From Octopus bimaculoides (Eukaryota), in NCBI RefSeq assembly GCF_001194135.2, contig NC_069004.1:15474178-15538177 (forward strand): a DNA stretch of 64,000 bases, given 5' to 3'. The first letter of the stretch is position 1; each line of letters opens with the position of its first letter. This document shows, piece after piece, positions 1-12,384 of this stretch. The notes under the pieces were generated by a model. That model did no database searches. It had not been told where the DNA came from and saw only the letters and a program-made list of their open reading frames with translations. Position numbers and translations under genes: made by a program.

Positions 1-913
1 GGTACTTTATCAACCTCAAAAAGATGACCATGGCAGGATTAGAACTCAGAACATGAAGCTGGAAGAAATCCCACTGAGCATTTTGCCTGACATGTTAACG
101 ATTCTGCCAGCTTGCCAGCTGCTAATAATAATAATAATAATAATAATAATAGTAATAGTAATAGTAATAATAATAATAATAATAATTTAATCCTTTCTAT
201 TCTAGGCATAAGGTCTGGGATTTTATTGAGAGGGGCTTGTCAATTACACTGACCCCAGTGCACAACTGGTACTTATTTCATTGACCCGAAAGAAATGGCA
301 CCTAACATTTTGTCCTGCATGCTAATGATTCTGCCAGCTTGCTACTTTAATAGTAATAATAATAATAACTGATGTGTGGCTAAGTGGTTAGTGTATTTGG
401 CTCACAACTGTAAGGTCGTGAGTTCAATTCCTGACAGCTCTCGAGCAAGGCACTTTATTTCACATTACTCCAGTTCACACAACTGGCAAAAATGAGTAGT
501 TCCTGTAACCCAATGAGTCAGCCATGCCACATTCTGTATCATGCTGAATCTCTCTGAGAACTGCACTAAGGGTACGTGTATCTGTGGAGTGCTCAGCCAC
601 TTTCACATTAATTTCATGAGCAGGCTGTTCTGCTGATTAGATCAGCTGGAGTCCTTGTCATCATAATCACCGGAGTGCCAGCTAATAATAACTGATTTTT
701 TATTCACCAAAAAGATGAGAAATTGAGGACATTACCAAAGTGAGTTGCAAAAACAGTGGGAGGAGATCAAATCATGTAAAAACCTTTAATTACATGTGTT
801 TTCCTTCTTTATTCTTGATTGTGTTGTCACTAAACATAAGGGAAAATATCCTCCCCTCTACCCCCTTCCTATTTTGTCACCTCCCTTTAATGATTGTTGT
901 TATTTTCTTACAG

Positions 914-995
914 GAATGCTTCTTTGACTAATAATGGAATTACTCTGCCCCATGTCTACAAGACTGGAACTACAATAGCTGGAGTTATTTTTAAG
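914..995 (+). CDS. PSMB7: Proteasome subunit beta type-7 (beta-2), coding exon 2: end of propeptide and catalytic Thr1
   Basis: ttacag acceptor and aag|gtaact donor. Reads g+NASLTNNGITLPHVYKTG/TTIAGVIFK, the KTG-TTIAG autocleavage site of beta-2. Thr1 codon is 969-971. Not in the ORF track. Confidence 0.95.
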
Positions 996-1428
996 GTAAC
1001 TTAATGTTTTAAAATTGTATTTAGTTCTTTACTGGAGAAATGTGTTGGTGAAGATTTGTATTTTCACTTTACTATTCAGATTAATTCATCAAAATGTAAT
1101 GCTTATTATCCACATTTTAAAAAATTATTCATGTATCTTGTAGCTTTGAGATTTTTGAAGATGTGCTTGTTTATTTTTAGAATAACATTGTTGGGTAGGT
1201 GTAAGAAGCTGGGTCTGGTTAGTTGCAATATAAAAGAAACAGAATATTTGGGCTGGATATGGCCATTTTAAATGTTAATGGGTTAAGCAAATACAGATTA
1301 ATGTACACTGAAGTAGATTATAATACTGTATTATTAATACACACAGTAGTATTGATGTCAGATGGATTCTGAAATGGATTTGTATCAGGGCTGATGAGTT
1401 AATCTCTTCTCTGTTTCTTTATTTTTAG

Positions 1429-1526
1429 GATGGTGTAGTTCTTGGAGCAGATACAAGAGCTACTGAAGACACTATTGTAGCTGACAAAAACTGTGCAAAG
1501 ATCCATTATATGGCTGACAACATTTA
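1429..1526 (+). CDS. PSMB7: Proteasome beta-2, exon 3
   Basis: tttttag acceptor, gtaagt donor, 98 nt. [32 protein letters not shown] contains catalytic D17 and K33. Confidence 0.97.
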
Positions 1527-1954
1527 GTAAGTAAAACATACTTTAATTAATTATTATTATTATTATTCTTTTCAACCCAGGTTTTGTTGGAACTCCTGGT
1601 GTCTTGCATACATAGCTGGCTACAGCCTTTTCACCTATCTAATATCTTCCTGGTTGTTCTGGCGGAGCCAAGGAGGCAGACCTTTTGTAACAGCTCTACT
1701 GACACTCTTTTCCAATTTCTTTTATATTCCTCTTAATACCTTCTGATACTGTCCCTAAGGACCTAACACTGATTAGCACTATCTTCACCTTCATTTTCCA
1801 TAGCAGGGCTATTTCGTACTTAAAGGACTGTATATGTCTTTTTTCTTTCTCTTTCCCTTCCTTCTTGAATATAAAAGGTAAGAGGCTCAACCATAACTGA
1901 GAAGGGAACTTCATGGGAAAAAAGTTCTTCTCTCTGTCTGGTGGGACTGTCAAC

Positions 1955-2384
1955 AATTAGAGCGTTTGAAGAAAAAAAAGACCCACTTTAGTGAATCGAA
2001 AAGGAGTGATGTTTCGTCAGGACAATGCACGACCCCACACTGCAAAGATCACATCACAGAAGATCAAAGAGGTTGGTTGGGAAAAAATTCCTCACCCACC
2101 TTATTCTCCCAACCTTGCTCCTTCAGACTACCATTTGTTTCGTAGTTTACAGAATCATTTGGGAGACATAACTTTCGCAAGCCAGGAGGAGGTCGAAACT
2201 GACAGTTCAGAGTTCTTCGCTGTGAAACCAAAAGAGTTTTACATTGATGGGATTAAAATAGATGGAAGGAAGTCATAGATAATCAGGGAAAGTACATTGA
2301 TGATTAAATTTCAATTAAATATAACATTTGATCACTTGTTTTCTTTATTCAAAGTTCGGACAGAACTTATGGAATGACCTGATA
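1955..2384 (+). mobile_element. 5'-truncated mariner transposon in the PSMB7 intron after exon 3
   Basis: QDNARPH...HPPYSPNLAPSDYHLF is the mariner catalytic region. A frameshift precedes RWKEVIDNQGKYIDD*. The right TIR ends ...ggaatgacctga, followed by TA at 2383-2384. Confidence 0.9.
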
Positions 2385-2652
2385 CAAAATATTGAAATTT
2401 GTTGTTTGATGGAGAAATCATGTCACCTTCAAAGAGAAATGTGTGGACATGTTGATTGTATGGATTTTGCCTAATATTTTAAATTTGGTGGCAGAAACTG
2501 GACGTTTTCAAAAGATATCCTTTGTTGTATTAAACTCCTTGTTCACAGAATGACTTTCTTACATGTCTGTAATACTTACATGCAATCACTCGGTAACTTT
2601 AACTGTCATTGTGTTATTCCTTTTGGAATTAAGAACTGTGCTTGCATTTCAG

Positions 2653-2793
2653 TTGTTGCGGTGCTGGTACAGCTGCCGATACTGAGATGACCACCCAGTT
2701 GATAGCATCTCAGCTAGAACTACATAAACTCAACACTGGCCGTATTCCAAGAGTGTGTACAGCTAACCGTCTCTTGAAGCAGATGTTGTTCAG
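2653..2793 (+). CDS. PSMB7: Proteasome beta-2, exon 4
   Basis: tttcag acceptor, gtcagt donor, 141 nt, phase matches. (Y)[46 protein letters not shown](R). Confidence 0.97.
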
Positions 2794-4555
2794 GTCAGTC
2801 TCATTTTTTTTTTCCCTTTGTTATCATCATTGACAAAACCACTTCAACCTACCACCACCACCATCTGTGTATTGTTCTTCAACAGCTGATGCAACTCTTC
2901 TAATTTTACATCCCACATTTCTTCAATAATTTACTTCAACAAAAACTTTTCTAATATTAAGTTTTCTGGATTGTGTCTTTATTTATTTAATTAATTAATT
3001 AATCTTCTGAATTTATTTAAGCTTCTAAAATCACTTTGTATATTCTGCAGTTTTTTAGTTTTGTAAGTACTTAGACATATAGAGAATATTTAAACACTTC
3101 CAGAAACTTGCAACACGTTTGAGATTTCATAAGATTCCAGTCAATATTGAACTCGTTTACTTTGGATTTAGCCATGATTTGTCAGACAAACGTATCTAAG
3201 CACATCATTGCAATATGCAGGCATTGTTTACTTTTCGCAGAACGATGCCTAGATGTAAGGGAGATTACTACTACTGTTAAAATAGAACAAGTACATCAGG
3301 ACTCCAGTTGGTTTGATTTCTGGATGTCTGTGTTGCGTAGACTGCTGTTTTATATTTCTGAATGTAGGCTTTATATATACATATGTGTGTGTGTGTGTGT
3401 GCATATGAGTTGGTACCAACTCCAGATGAGAGAGAAAATAATCTTATGAACTCTTAGAAATTGATATGCAATTAACAAAAAAGTCTAAATGTCTGGAGAC
3501 AAGACAACAATTGTGGATGTATGCTTCTGCCTCTAGGCATCATTAGCACATCATTTGAGCAGAGGGAACACTTAGACGAAATAATATTTGTGTTGATGTA
3601 TGAGCAGCCCTACTCATAGAATTTGCATGCAAAGTGGTTGAGTATCTCACATACCATAATGTAATTCTCATGTAAAATCCTGGTGTTTGACAATATGTGA
3701 GTTTTGAATTTCAAGTACAGCCCATTTAAACTGGACATATCCAGCCCAAATATCCTACCTTTTGAAATTCAAACTGGTCAGATATAGCATATCACACCTA
3801 CCCTACAATGTCATTTTAAGAACAGAACAATCACATCATCAAAATCTCAAAGCTAAAGATAATGCTTAATTAATTTTACAAAATGTGACTACATAAGCAT
3901 TACATTTGACAGTAATGTGAATACCAAAGGGTTGAGGGGCTTCTACTCTGATTATCTTTACAGTGTCACTTCCATGCAGTGGAATTGAACCCAAGCCCTT
4001 ATGGTTACAAAAGAAACCTCTTAACCACTGAGCTATGTCTGTGCATGCGCGTGTGTGTGTAGGATATTCAGCTGTAGAAACCATTGCCAAAGCAGATAAT
4101 GGTGCACAATGCAGTTGTTGGATCTTCTCAAACTGACTGACTCATGCTAGCATGGAACATGGACTTTAAATGTCGGGGAAGAGTAGGATGACGCATATAA
4201 AACAGTGCTTGTGTCTGTAACATTGTCTTTTTGGCACAATGTTTATGAAATTACAGTCTTGTCCTTAATAGCCTGAAAAATATTTACATATTTTATAATA
4301 GAATAATGAGTATAACAGCTATCTCTACATAAAAATGTATATTTGGATTAAAAACAAATTATGTACATTACATTAATGTTGTAATATATGACAATCTATC
4401 TAACAATGCATATATTACAATGTAAATACAGACACACACACACACAGCATTGTGTATGTCAATGTCATCATCATTTTTATATCTGCCTTTCTATGTTGGC
4501 ATGTTTATGTGTATAAATGCTATAATATAATAACATGAGTACATCTCTCTTTCAG

Positions 4556-4671
4556 ATATCATGGAATGATCAGTGCTGCTTTAGTTCTTGGTGGTGTTGA
4601 TCACACTGGGCCTCATCTTTATAGTATTTGGCCACATGGTTCCACAGACAAACTACCTTTTGTTACCATGG
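4556..4671 (+). CDS. PSMB7: Proteasome beta-2, exon 5
   Basis: ctttcag acceptor, gtaagc donor, 116 nt. [38 protein letters not shown](G). Confidence 0.97.
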
Positions 4672-5260
4672 GTAAGCTTTGAGCATTTCTTTCCTTTGTT
4701 TTTTTTTCTCTTAACGACTTGAGAAGGCCGCTCACCACAACAGAATTGAGATTTTAAAACCAAGACGCCACATAATAAACATTGGTGTGTGTGTTGATGC
4801 CACATTAAAAGCACTGGTGATGGTACCACATAGAAAGCAACCCAATACACTGTAGAGTGGTTGGTGTTATAGGAAGGACATCCAGACGTAGAAACTATGT
4901 CAAAACAGATGGAGCTCTTCATCTGCTCAGCTTCTGTCAAACAGTCCAACCTATGCCAGCATGGAAAACAGATGTTAAATGATGATGATGATGATGAGAT
5001 AACTAAATATTGTGAAGTGGTCCATAGATCTAACTTCTAATACAATGTGCCTGTCTTCATCAAGCATCTATTAGAATTTCAACCATATTCATTATGTATT
5101 TTTTTGAAAAACCTGCTTTTTTTAAGTTTTAGGAAAGCCTGTATCTATTGTGAAGGTGACAATAGAAGTAAGCAGAGTGACTGTGTTAAAAACGTTCCAT
5201 TGGTGAATTGTTTAGAACCCTTTCTGCCAAGTAATACTTGTGATAAGGGAGCCTCGACAT

Positions 5261-5509
5261 CAGTGGTTCTCAACCAGGGTCCATATGACCCTCAGGGGGT
5301 CCATATAAGATTTTGTTGTTAACATTTCTGTGCAATAAATTGGTTTTACTTCTACAAAGCAAAATATTTTGACAATTTTTTTTTTTTAATACAATTCCTG
5401 ATAATATTTAATTATAAAATTTTTAAACATTGAATGATTATGAGGATCCTTCCAAACAAAATAGCAAGCCAAGGGGTCCATAGATAAAAAAAATGGTTGG
5501 GAACCAATA
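5261..5509. mobile_element. hAT-like MITE in a PSMB7 intron
   Basis: TIR cagtggttctcaacc / ggttgggaaccaata. Degenerate 8-bp TSD ctcgacat / ccctacat (6 of 8). Confidence 0.75.
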
Positions 5510-5653
5510 CCCTACATTGTTATTTGACCTTGTAGAAATAGCAACTAAATCTCTTTCGAATCACACTCGACCATCTAAAAGAATATTTGGCAGCACTAAA
5601 TACTATTCTACCTACATGACGATGATGATAATGATTGTTGTAATTAATTTTAG

Positions 5654-5712
5654 GATCTGGAAGTCTTGCTGCGATGTCAGTGTTTGAAGAAAGATTCAAG
5701 ACGAATATGTCC
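5654..5712 (+). CDS. PSMB7: Proteasome beta-2, exon 6
   Basis: ttttag acceptor, gtaagt donor, 59 nt. (G)SGSLAAMSVFEERFKTNMS contains S129. Confidence 0.97.
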
Positions 5713-6303
5713 GTAAGTATTATTAGCACTATTTTTTATCTCTACCTTAATAAGAAAAGGAATAACCTCTACAGAGTAATGGACAAGATGTACAGAATAA
5801 CGGACAGGATGCTACTGAAGGGAGAGAAGAAAAGTAAGAGATGGTAGGGTGGGTGTGGGGAGGGGTAGAGTCAGCTGCATGTAGGAAGGTGGTGAGTAGC
5901 TTAGGGAAACAGTTGTTGTTCAGTCTGAGAAAAGCCTACTGCTAATTCAGAAGTAATTTAGTATATTCCAGCAATACTGTAATATTATCCATCTGATCTC
6001 TACAAACATAGAAAAGTGGACATTAAAACAACGCAGACAATGATGCTGACGACATGGCCAAATTCAACAAATTACCCCCAATCCTTGTTAGAGTATCTCC
6101 ACAAATGGGGTGCAGACAGGCTAGTTTGTATTTGCATCAAGTCATGTTATTTCTAATAATGAAGTCAAAACCAAATAATGATATTTGGAAAGTATTTAAT
6201 ATGTCTGTTTCAGATTTTGTGTAATATATAATAGGAAATTCATTCCCTTACACAAGACCTTCACTTAATACATTTCAAAATGTGAACCAACTGATAGCAA
6301 TAG

Positions 6304-6343
<40 letters not shown>

Positions 6344-6757
6344 ATAATTAAAATTAGGGTTCAGCAAGAATTGCTTCACCACACACCGAAAATTAGAAAT
6401 AGCAGCCAAAACCACTCTTTCTCTACCATAATTTAACTCCCTTTTGGTAGAGAAATAGTAGTTTGCAGCTATCTAGTTCGCCAGTCCTCAGTCAAATCAT
6501 CCAACCCATGCTAGCATGGAAAGTGGACGTTAAACGATGATGATGAATAACTCAGGGTCTCCTTGGTGATGTCTTTTTGTTAAAATTAGAACATATTGAC
6601 TGTGGCTCTTTAGCAAAGACCACAAACACATGCATACGTACCTACTTACATACATTCATACACACACACACTCTACCAACCCAGTTATACACAAGAAAAG
6701 ATTTGTATGTGTTGGCAGAGATGTATATAGATCTGTTTATCACTTTGTCTTTAACAG

Positions 6758-6909
6758 TGTGATGAAGCGAAGAAATTAGTACAAGATGCTATTGCTGGAG
6801 GTATCTTCAATGATCTTGGTTCCGGTAGTAATGTTGATCTGTGTGTCATCACTAAAGATAAAGTTGACTATCTCCGCCCCTATGACCAGTGCAACAAGAA
6901 GGGTCAAAG
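6758..6909 (+). CDS. PSMB7: Proteasome beta-2, exon 7
   Basis: ttaacag acceptor, gtaagt donor, 152 nt. [50 protein letters not shown](R) contains D166 and S169. Confidence 0.97.
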
Positions 6910-7219
6910 GTAAGTTTCTGGCCAAATCTTTACAGTGACAGTACATTAACATTTGAATAATTGGGGTGGTGAGGAAACCCACGAATTATCATTGAAATCT
7001 CACATTTATTTTGATCAATAAAATAAAACATCAAAGCTGTTGTACTTAAAGTGTAAAATAATGGGCATATAATAATAAAAATTTGTTGGTTGACTTTTTT
7101 CTATTTTAGCTGCAGTTAAACTAATTGAGACAATGGTTTGATTAGTTTGATGTTACATTTTAATTGATTGTTGTTGAATAAATGGTGAACTCTAATTAAA
7201 TTTTGTTCTGTTATTACAG

Positions 7220-7337
7220 GTCTGGCAATTATAAATATAACCGAGGCACTACAGCAATTCAATCTTCCAGTACCTGTAAGATTCCTGTTGTGATTTTGCA
7301 GAAGAAAGTTACTAGTGAAGAAATGGACACATCTTAA
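7220..7337 (+). CDS. PSMB7: Proteasome beta-2, terminal coding exon
   Basis: ttacag acceptor. (R)SGNYKYNRGTTAIQSSSTCKIPVVILQKKVTSEEMDTS-TAA ends in the MDTS tail typical of PSMB7. The mature chain from Thr1 is 236 aa. Confidence 0.95.
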
Positions 7338-7401
7338 ATATTTCTCTTGTATATTTACCACCTTCATTATTGAAACCTCTCATGTTTATTTAGATCAATT
7401 C

Positions 7402-7407
7402 AATAAA
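7402..7407 (+). terminator. Probable PSMB7 polyadenylation signal
   Basis: First AATAAA after the stop (65 nt downstream), followed by a T/GT-rich tract. Confidence 0.65.
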
Positions 7408-7849
7408 ACATTAAATTTCTTCTGATTTCATTTCTGGTGTCTTTCTTTTATGAAATAGTTTGAAAGAATGGTTAAGGAACCTACTTGTGAGGTAAGACTA
7501 ATTCACATATAGAATGAATGACTAATGATTCAAAAACCTTCATTATTTCTCTTCACTCAATTCTCTACATGATTTACTAACTTCAGTCAAAACTGATAAA
7601 ACTTACTACTTGTATTTATTTCATGATTAACTAATTAGTAGATAATCAAACTGCTAAGAGATTAACAATATGTAAAGAAAAAATAAGTAAATGGATCAAA
7701 TGATATAGACTGATAAGGAAATTCCATTAAATAAAACAACCATGCATTTGAAAACAACAAAAACAATTGGACATTCAAATTGACCTAAGCTGACATCCAC
7801 ATTTTCACAATATAAATGACTTAGTGTATCCATATATACACAAACACAC

Positions 7850-8570
7850 ACATGTACTCTCTCTTCCTTACTCTACCCTCCCATCTATGCTCTGATCCTT
7901 GTTACTTGTGAGTATACCCTGGCACTTCATCAGCTCTCTCTTGCACGTTTGCTGTTTCCCATTCTCTCTTTCCCTTGCTCTTCCCTCTGGCTGGGTAGCC
8001 ATGTATCTCCTCTGCAGCAGCAACACATGTTTCTGCCCTCATTCTTGATCACTCTCTCCTCTTGCTTTTCCCTCTGGTTAGGTAACCAAGTATCTCCTTT
8101 ACATCAGCACACCTGTTTCTGTCCTCTCTCTACTGCTCTCTTCCTCTTACTTTCCCATCTCTCTCTGGCCGGGTAGTCACATACCTCCTCTATAGCAAGA
8201 CACCTGTTTCTGTCTCTCTGTCACGCTAACCTTTCATCATCTGACACAAGATCCCCTCTCAAAATTCCTTATCTTGCAAGTTACTTGGTGACAATGCCAG
8301 TGCTGATGCCATATAAAAAGCATCCAGTCCACACTGTAAAGTGGTTGACATTTGGAAGGACATCCAGCTGTAAAAATCCTGATAAAACTGACCTCACCTG
8401 TGTTGGTGCTACATAAAAACCACTGTCCACTCTGTGGAGTGGTTGGTGTTAGGAAGGGCATCCAGCTGTCAAAACCCTGCCAAAAGAGACAGTAAAGCCT
8501 GGGGTAGTTTTCTGCCTGGTCAGCTCCTGTCAACTGTCCTAGCCATGCATGCATGAAAGACAGACAACAT
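7850..8570 (+). mobile_element. Composite non-coding element: pyrimidine-rich body with three ~90-bp internal repeats, fused to the RTE 3' tail
   Basis: gggtagccatgtatctcct...cacctgtttct recurs at 7993, 8080 and 8171. The same body is at 15135-15500 and 29100-29790. Confidence 0.7.
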
Positions 8571-8814
8571 ACAAATAATTATACTCACTCATCAACCTTA
8601 CCTGTGTAGACTATTCTCTTACCTGTTTGTCACTTGACTGCAGCCATGCTGGAGCATCACCTTGGTGAGTTTTTTAGTCACACAAAGCAAGCTTAGGGTT
8701 TATTTTTTAAGCCTAGTACTTATTCTATTGTTACTTTTGCTGAACTGCTAAGTTAAGGGGATGTAAACACAACAACACTAATTGTCAAGTAGTGATGAAG
8801 GGGACACAAAGGTT

Positions 8815-8860
<46 letters not shown>

Positions 8861-8870
8861 NNNNNNNNNN

Positions 8871-8910
<40 letters not shown>

Positions 8911-8967
8911 CTGAAAACAAAAGATGAAGACAGGTGTATTAGTTTGATGCTTGGGAAGGTGAGAAAG

Positions 8968-9005
8968 CCTTTTACATTTTGAGCCTACACTCTTCAACAG
9001 AAGGA
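8968..9005 (-). ncRNA. Second, CpG-decayed copy of the hammerhead-like motif (element about 8909-9095)
   Basis: Minus strand: UCCUU CUGUUGA A GAGU GUAG GCUC AAAAU GUA AAAGG. Confidence 0.6.
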
Positions 9006-10496
9006 ATACAAGGAAATAAACAGAGAGAAAAAGACTTTTGGAGTTAGCGGCCAATCATAGCAACTGGTTGGACAAAGGTGGTTAGGCAGGAGAGCTATAT
9101 ATATATATGTATATGACGGGCTTCTTTCAGTATCCATCTACCAGAACCATTCAGAACTCTTCACCTCATTTCTCTTGTAATGAAGAGTTTTGTTCAAAGC
9201 ATTGGAATTCATTGGACTTCCTGGCACACAAATATATTCAATTTTTTAAAATTCTACCCTTTTGATACCAACCTGCCTGAAGCCACCCTTGGTTCTATGA
9301 TACAAGCCTTTTAAAGTAATCCAAGTTAAAATCTTCCACCGAAATTTCAGATTAATTTATGTTCCAAACATTGTTCGATAATGACAGCTTTTTGAGTAAA
9401 AATTTTTCATTATTTCTAAAATCAATTGAAACAAAGTTGGCATATTTCAACAGGAATATGGTAATGAAAGGGTCAAGCAACAAATATTTAACAGGCAGTC
9501 GTGGCTGTGTGGTAAGAAGCTTACTTCCCAACCACATGGTTTTGAGTTCAGTCCCACTGTGTGACACCTTGGGCAAGTGTCTTCTACTATATCCTTGGGC
9601 TGATCAAAACCTTGTGAATGGATTTGGTAGATGGAAACTGAAAGAAGTCCATCATGTATTGTGTGTGTGTGTGTCCTGCCATCACTTGACAACTGATGCT
9701 GGTGTGTTTATGTTCCTGTAACTTAGTGGTTTGGCAAAAGAGACTGATAGAATAAGTACTAAGCTTGCAAGGAATAAGTGCTGGGGTCGATTTCTTCAAC
9801 TAAAATCCTTTCAGGCAGTGCTCCATTATGGCTGCAGTTGAATAAGAAGGAATAAAAAAAATGTAAAAGTGTATAAATGAAAGTTTCAAGTTCTAGGATG
9901 CAGTTTTGTTCTTCATTTACTGAAATTTCACATTTTTTCAAGGAATAAAATATTTGACAGTGTAACTTTTTCTGATATTTTCAATACCTTTCTAAAACAG
10001 AACTGCCTGAATGCAACAATTCAGAGTCTATAAAGATTCTTGCACCAAATAAAGAATATCAGCCAAAGTTTAAAGCACAAATTCGACACTCTTCACCTCA
10101 ATTTCTCTTGTAATGAAGAGTTTTGTTCAAAGCATTGGAATTCATTGGACTTCCTGGTACACAAACATATTCAAAAATATCGTAAATTCATGGGATTATA
10201 TTTTTTTTTGGATATCAATAAATATCAGTAAGGTTGGGTTCTGCTGTTACCAAATATAAAATTGATGTGATGTTNNNNNNNNNNNNNNNNNNNNNNNNNN
10301 NNNNNNNNNNNNNNNNNNNNNNNNNNNNNNNNNNNNNNNNNNNNNNNNNNNNNNNNNNNNNNNNNNNNNNNNNNNNNNNTGATGTTGAAAATGACTAACT
10401 TGATAAACCTTGATGTCACCTCTTTGGAATTAAGATAACAGAAGTTTGTGGGTTTTTTCTTTAAATATTTTAATACTACAGCCATACCTGCAATGT

Positions 10497-10886
10497 GGAG
10501 GCGCAATGGCCCAGTGGTTAGGGCAGTGGACTCGCAATCATAGGATCGCGGTTTCGATTCCCAGACCGGGCGTTATGAATGTTTATTGAGTGAAAACACC
10601 TAAAAAAGCTCCACGAGGTTCCGGCAGGGGATGGTGGCGAACCCTGCTGTACTCTTTCACCACAACTTTCTCTCATTCTTTCTTCTTGTTTCTGTTGTAC
10701 CTGTATTTCAAAGGGTCAGCCTTGTCACATTCCGTGTCACGCTGAATCTCCCCGAGAACTACCTTGAGGGTACACGTGTCCGTGGAGTGCTCAGCCACTT
10801 GCACGTTAATTTCACGGGCAGGCTGTTCCGTTGATCGGATCAACTGGAACCCTCGTCATCGTAACCGACGGAGTGCCAACACATAA
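10497..10886 (+). mobile_element. Full-length, young tRNA-headed SINE (family B)
   Basis: A-box tggcccagtgg, B-box gtttcgattcc, CpGs retained. A 10-bp direct repeat catacctgca lies at 10483-10492 and 10887-10896. Relatives are at about 371-680(+) and 28083-28400(-). Confidence 0.85.
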
Positions 10887-11963
10887 CATACCTGCATACA
10901 TGGGTGCATACCAATCTGTATCATAATTATTTGAACTCATTACCCCTAAATTTTGCTTAACTTCTTTGTCTCATGTCATTGTATTCTCATCTTCATTATT
11001 TTATCATCCCTTTCTCCTTTCTTCCTTCAATGCTTTACACTATTAATGTTGCAAAGATGGTATTATGTAATGTTTCAATATGTTGTGTTGTGTCAGTCAA
11101 AAGATGTTACTTCAGAATACCAATCCATCTGAATCAATAACAACATTAGTCTTCCAACATTTTATCTCTGAATTTAAGATAATTCTACCTTGCGTCTCTC
11201 ACAGGGATGAGATGATTTTTACCTTACATCTCACAGGGTCAATAAAATATGAAGCAGTAATGGAATTGATTCAATTGTCTAGAGAGATAAACATCTCGCT
11301 CTCCCTCCGCCAAATTTGATGAGAAGCCAACGCATAAGATCAATATTGACAACATTCAATAGAAATTCACTTCCACCATTACTGATTTCTGCAAAAGTAT
11401 TTTAATAAACAGAAAGCGCTAGCTTTTATCCTTTGTGAGCAAATAACTCAGACATGCCATCAACATGAAAGCAAATTGTTTCGGTTATTTTTTTCCTGGC
11501 TTTTATCATTGGATAGTGGCCATGATACAACAGCACTTTCTTCAAGATCACATTAGCTCCAAAACTTATTTCAGTCTCATTTTTTTTTTTTTTTCAATCT
11601 CCGTTTGTCATACTGTTACAAAACTCACCAGAAATAATTATGCAATGAAGAATAAACATTATTAATCAAAGACCGATATTATTTTCATTTTAGCGTTGGC
11701 GATATAGGGGAGACAACTCTGGTAATGCGTGAATCTTAGAACCTTGTGAACAAACAGTAAAACAGCTTGATATGGCCTTAGAAACAATCAGTCATTTGGC
11801 AATGAATGAATGAGTATAGCACAATATTGATAACTGAAGCTCATGTACAGTTATTTAGAATTTGCAGGACTGTTTAGTATTGGCTGATAGCTATTATTTG
11901 TTGATCTTAAATGTCAAAATGATAAAGAACATTTCAAATAATAGTTCTAGGAATATTCACTGT

Positions 11964-12094
11964 AAACATTTTGGCCGCAGGAAAACTTACTGTACGAAAA
12001 CTCGCCGTACAAAAACTCGCCTTAAATTTCCTATGCGGCGAACTTTCCTATGGTCAAAAATCCTTAGGTGAATTTTCCTGCAGCAAAAATGCTT
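11964..12094. mobile_element. Small foldback MITE
   Basis: cattttggccgcaggaaaact is mirrored by aattttcctgcagcaaaaatg, with internal aaaactcgcc repeats. Confidence 0.6.
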
Positions 12095-12384
12095 GTGGCA
12101 ACCTTTCCAGATACGTCAAATAACCACTCCCAAAACATCCTCTTTTCAAAACCCAAGGAAACAACTGATGCTGGTGTGTTTACGTCCCCCATAACTTAGC
12201 GGTTTGGCAAAAGATACCGATAGAATAAGTACTGGGCTTACAAAGAATAAGTCCTGGGATCGCAAAATTGAAACAAGTAAAATGATTGAAATAAGTATAC
12301 ATTTTTTAACAAGCTCAATGACTAATTGTAACACCAGTACCCTCTCTAGCACTGATTTTCTACATATCGCTGGTGGGGAGATGA

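Noticed and set aside
1-913. PSMB7 exon 1 and promoter
   Set aside because: Not found: the interval is SINE fragments, (AAT)n and intron-like sequence, so exon 1 must lie upstream of the window. The 740-931 ORF only overlaps the exon-2 acceptor in another frame.
10497-10572. tRNA gene
   Set aside because: A and B boxes are present, but the sequence runs into a 300-bp dispersed SINE body with a TSD, and I could not form a proper cloverleaf.
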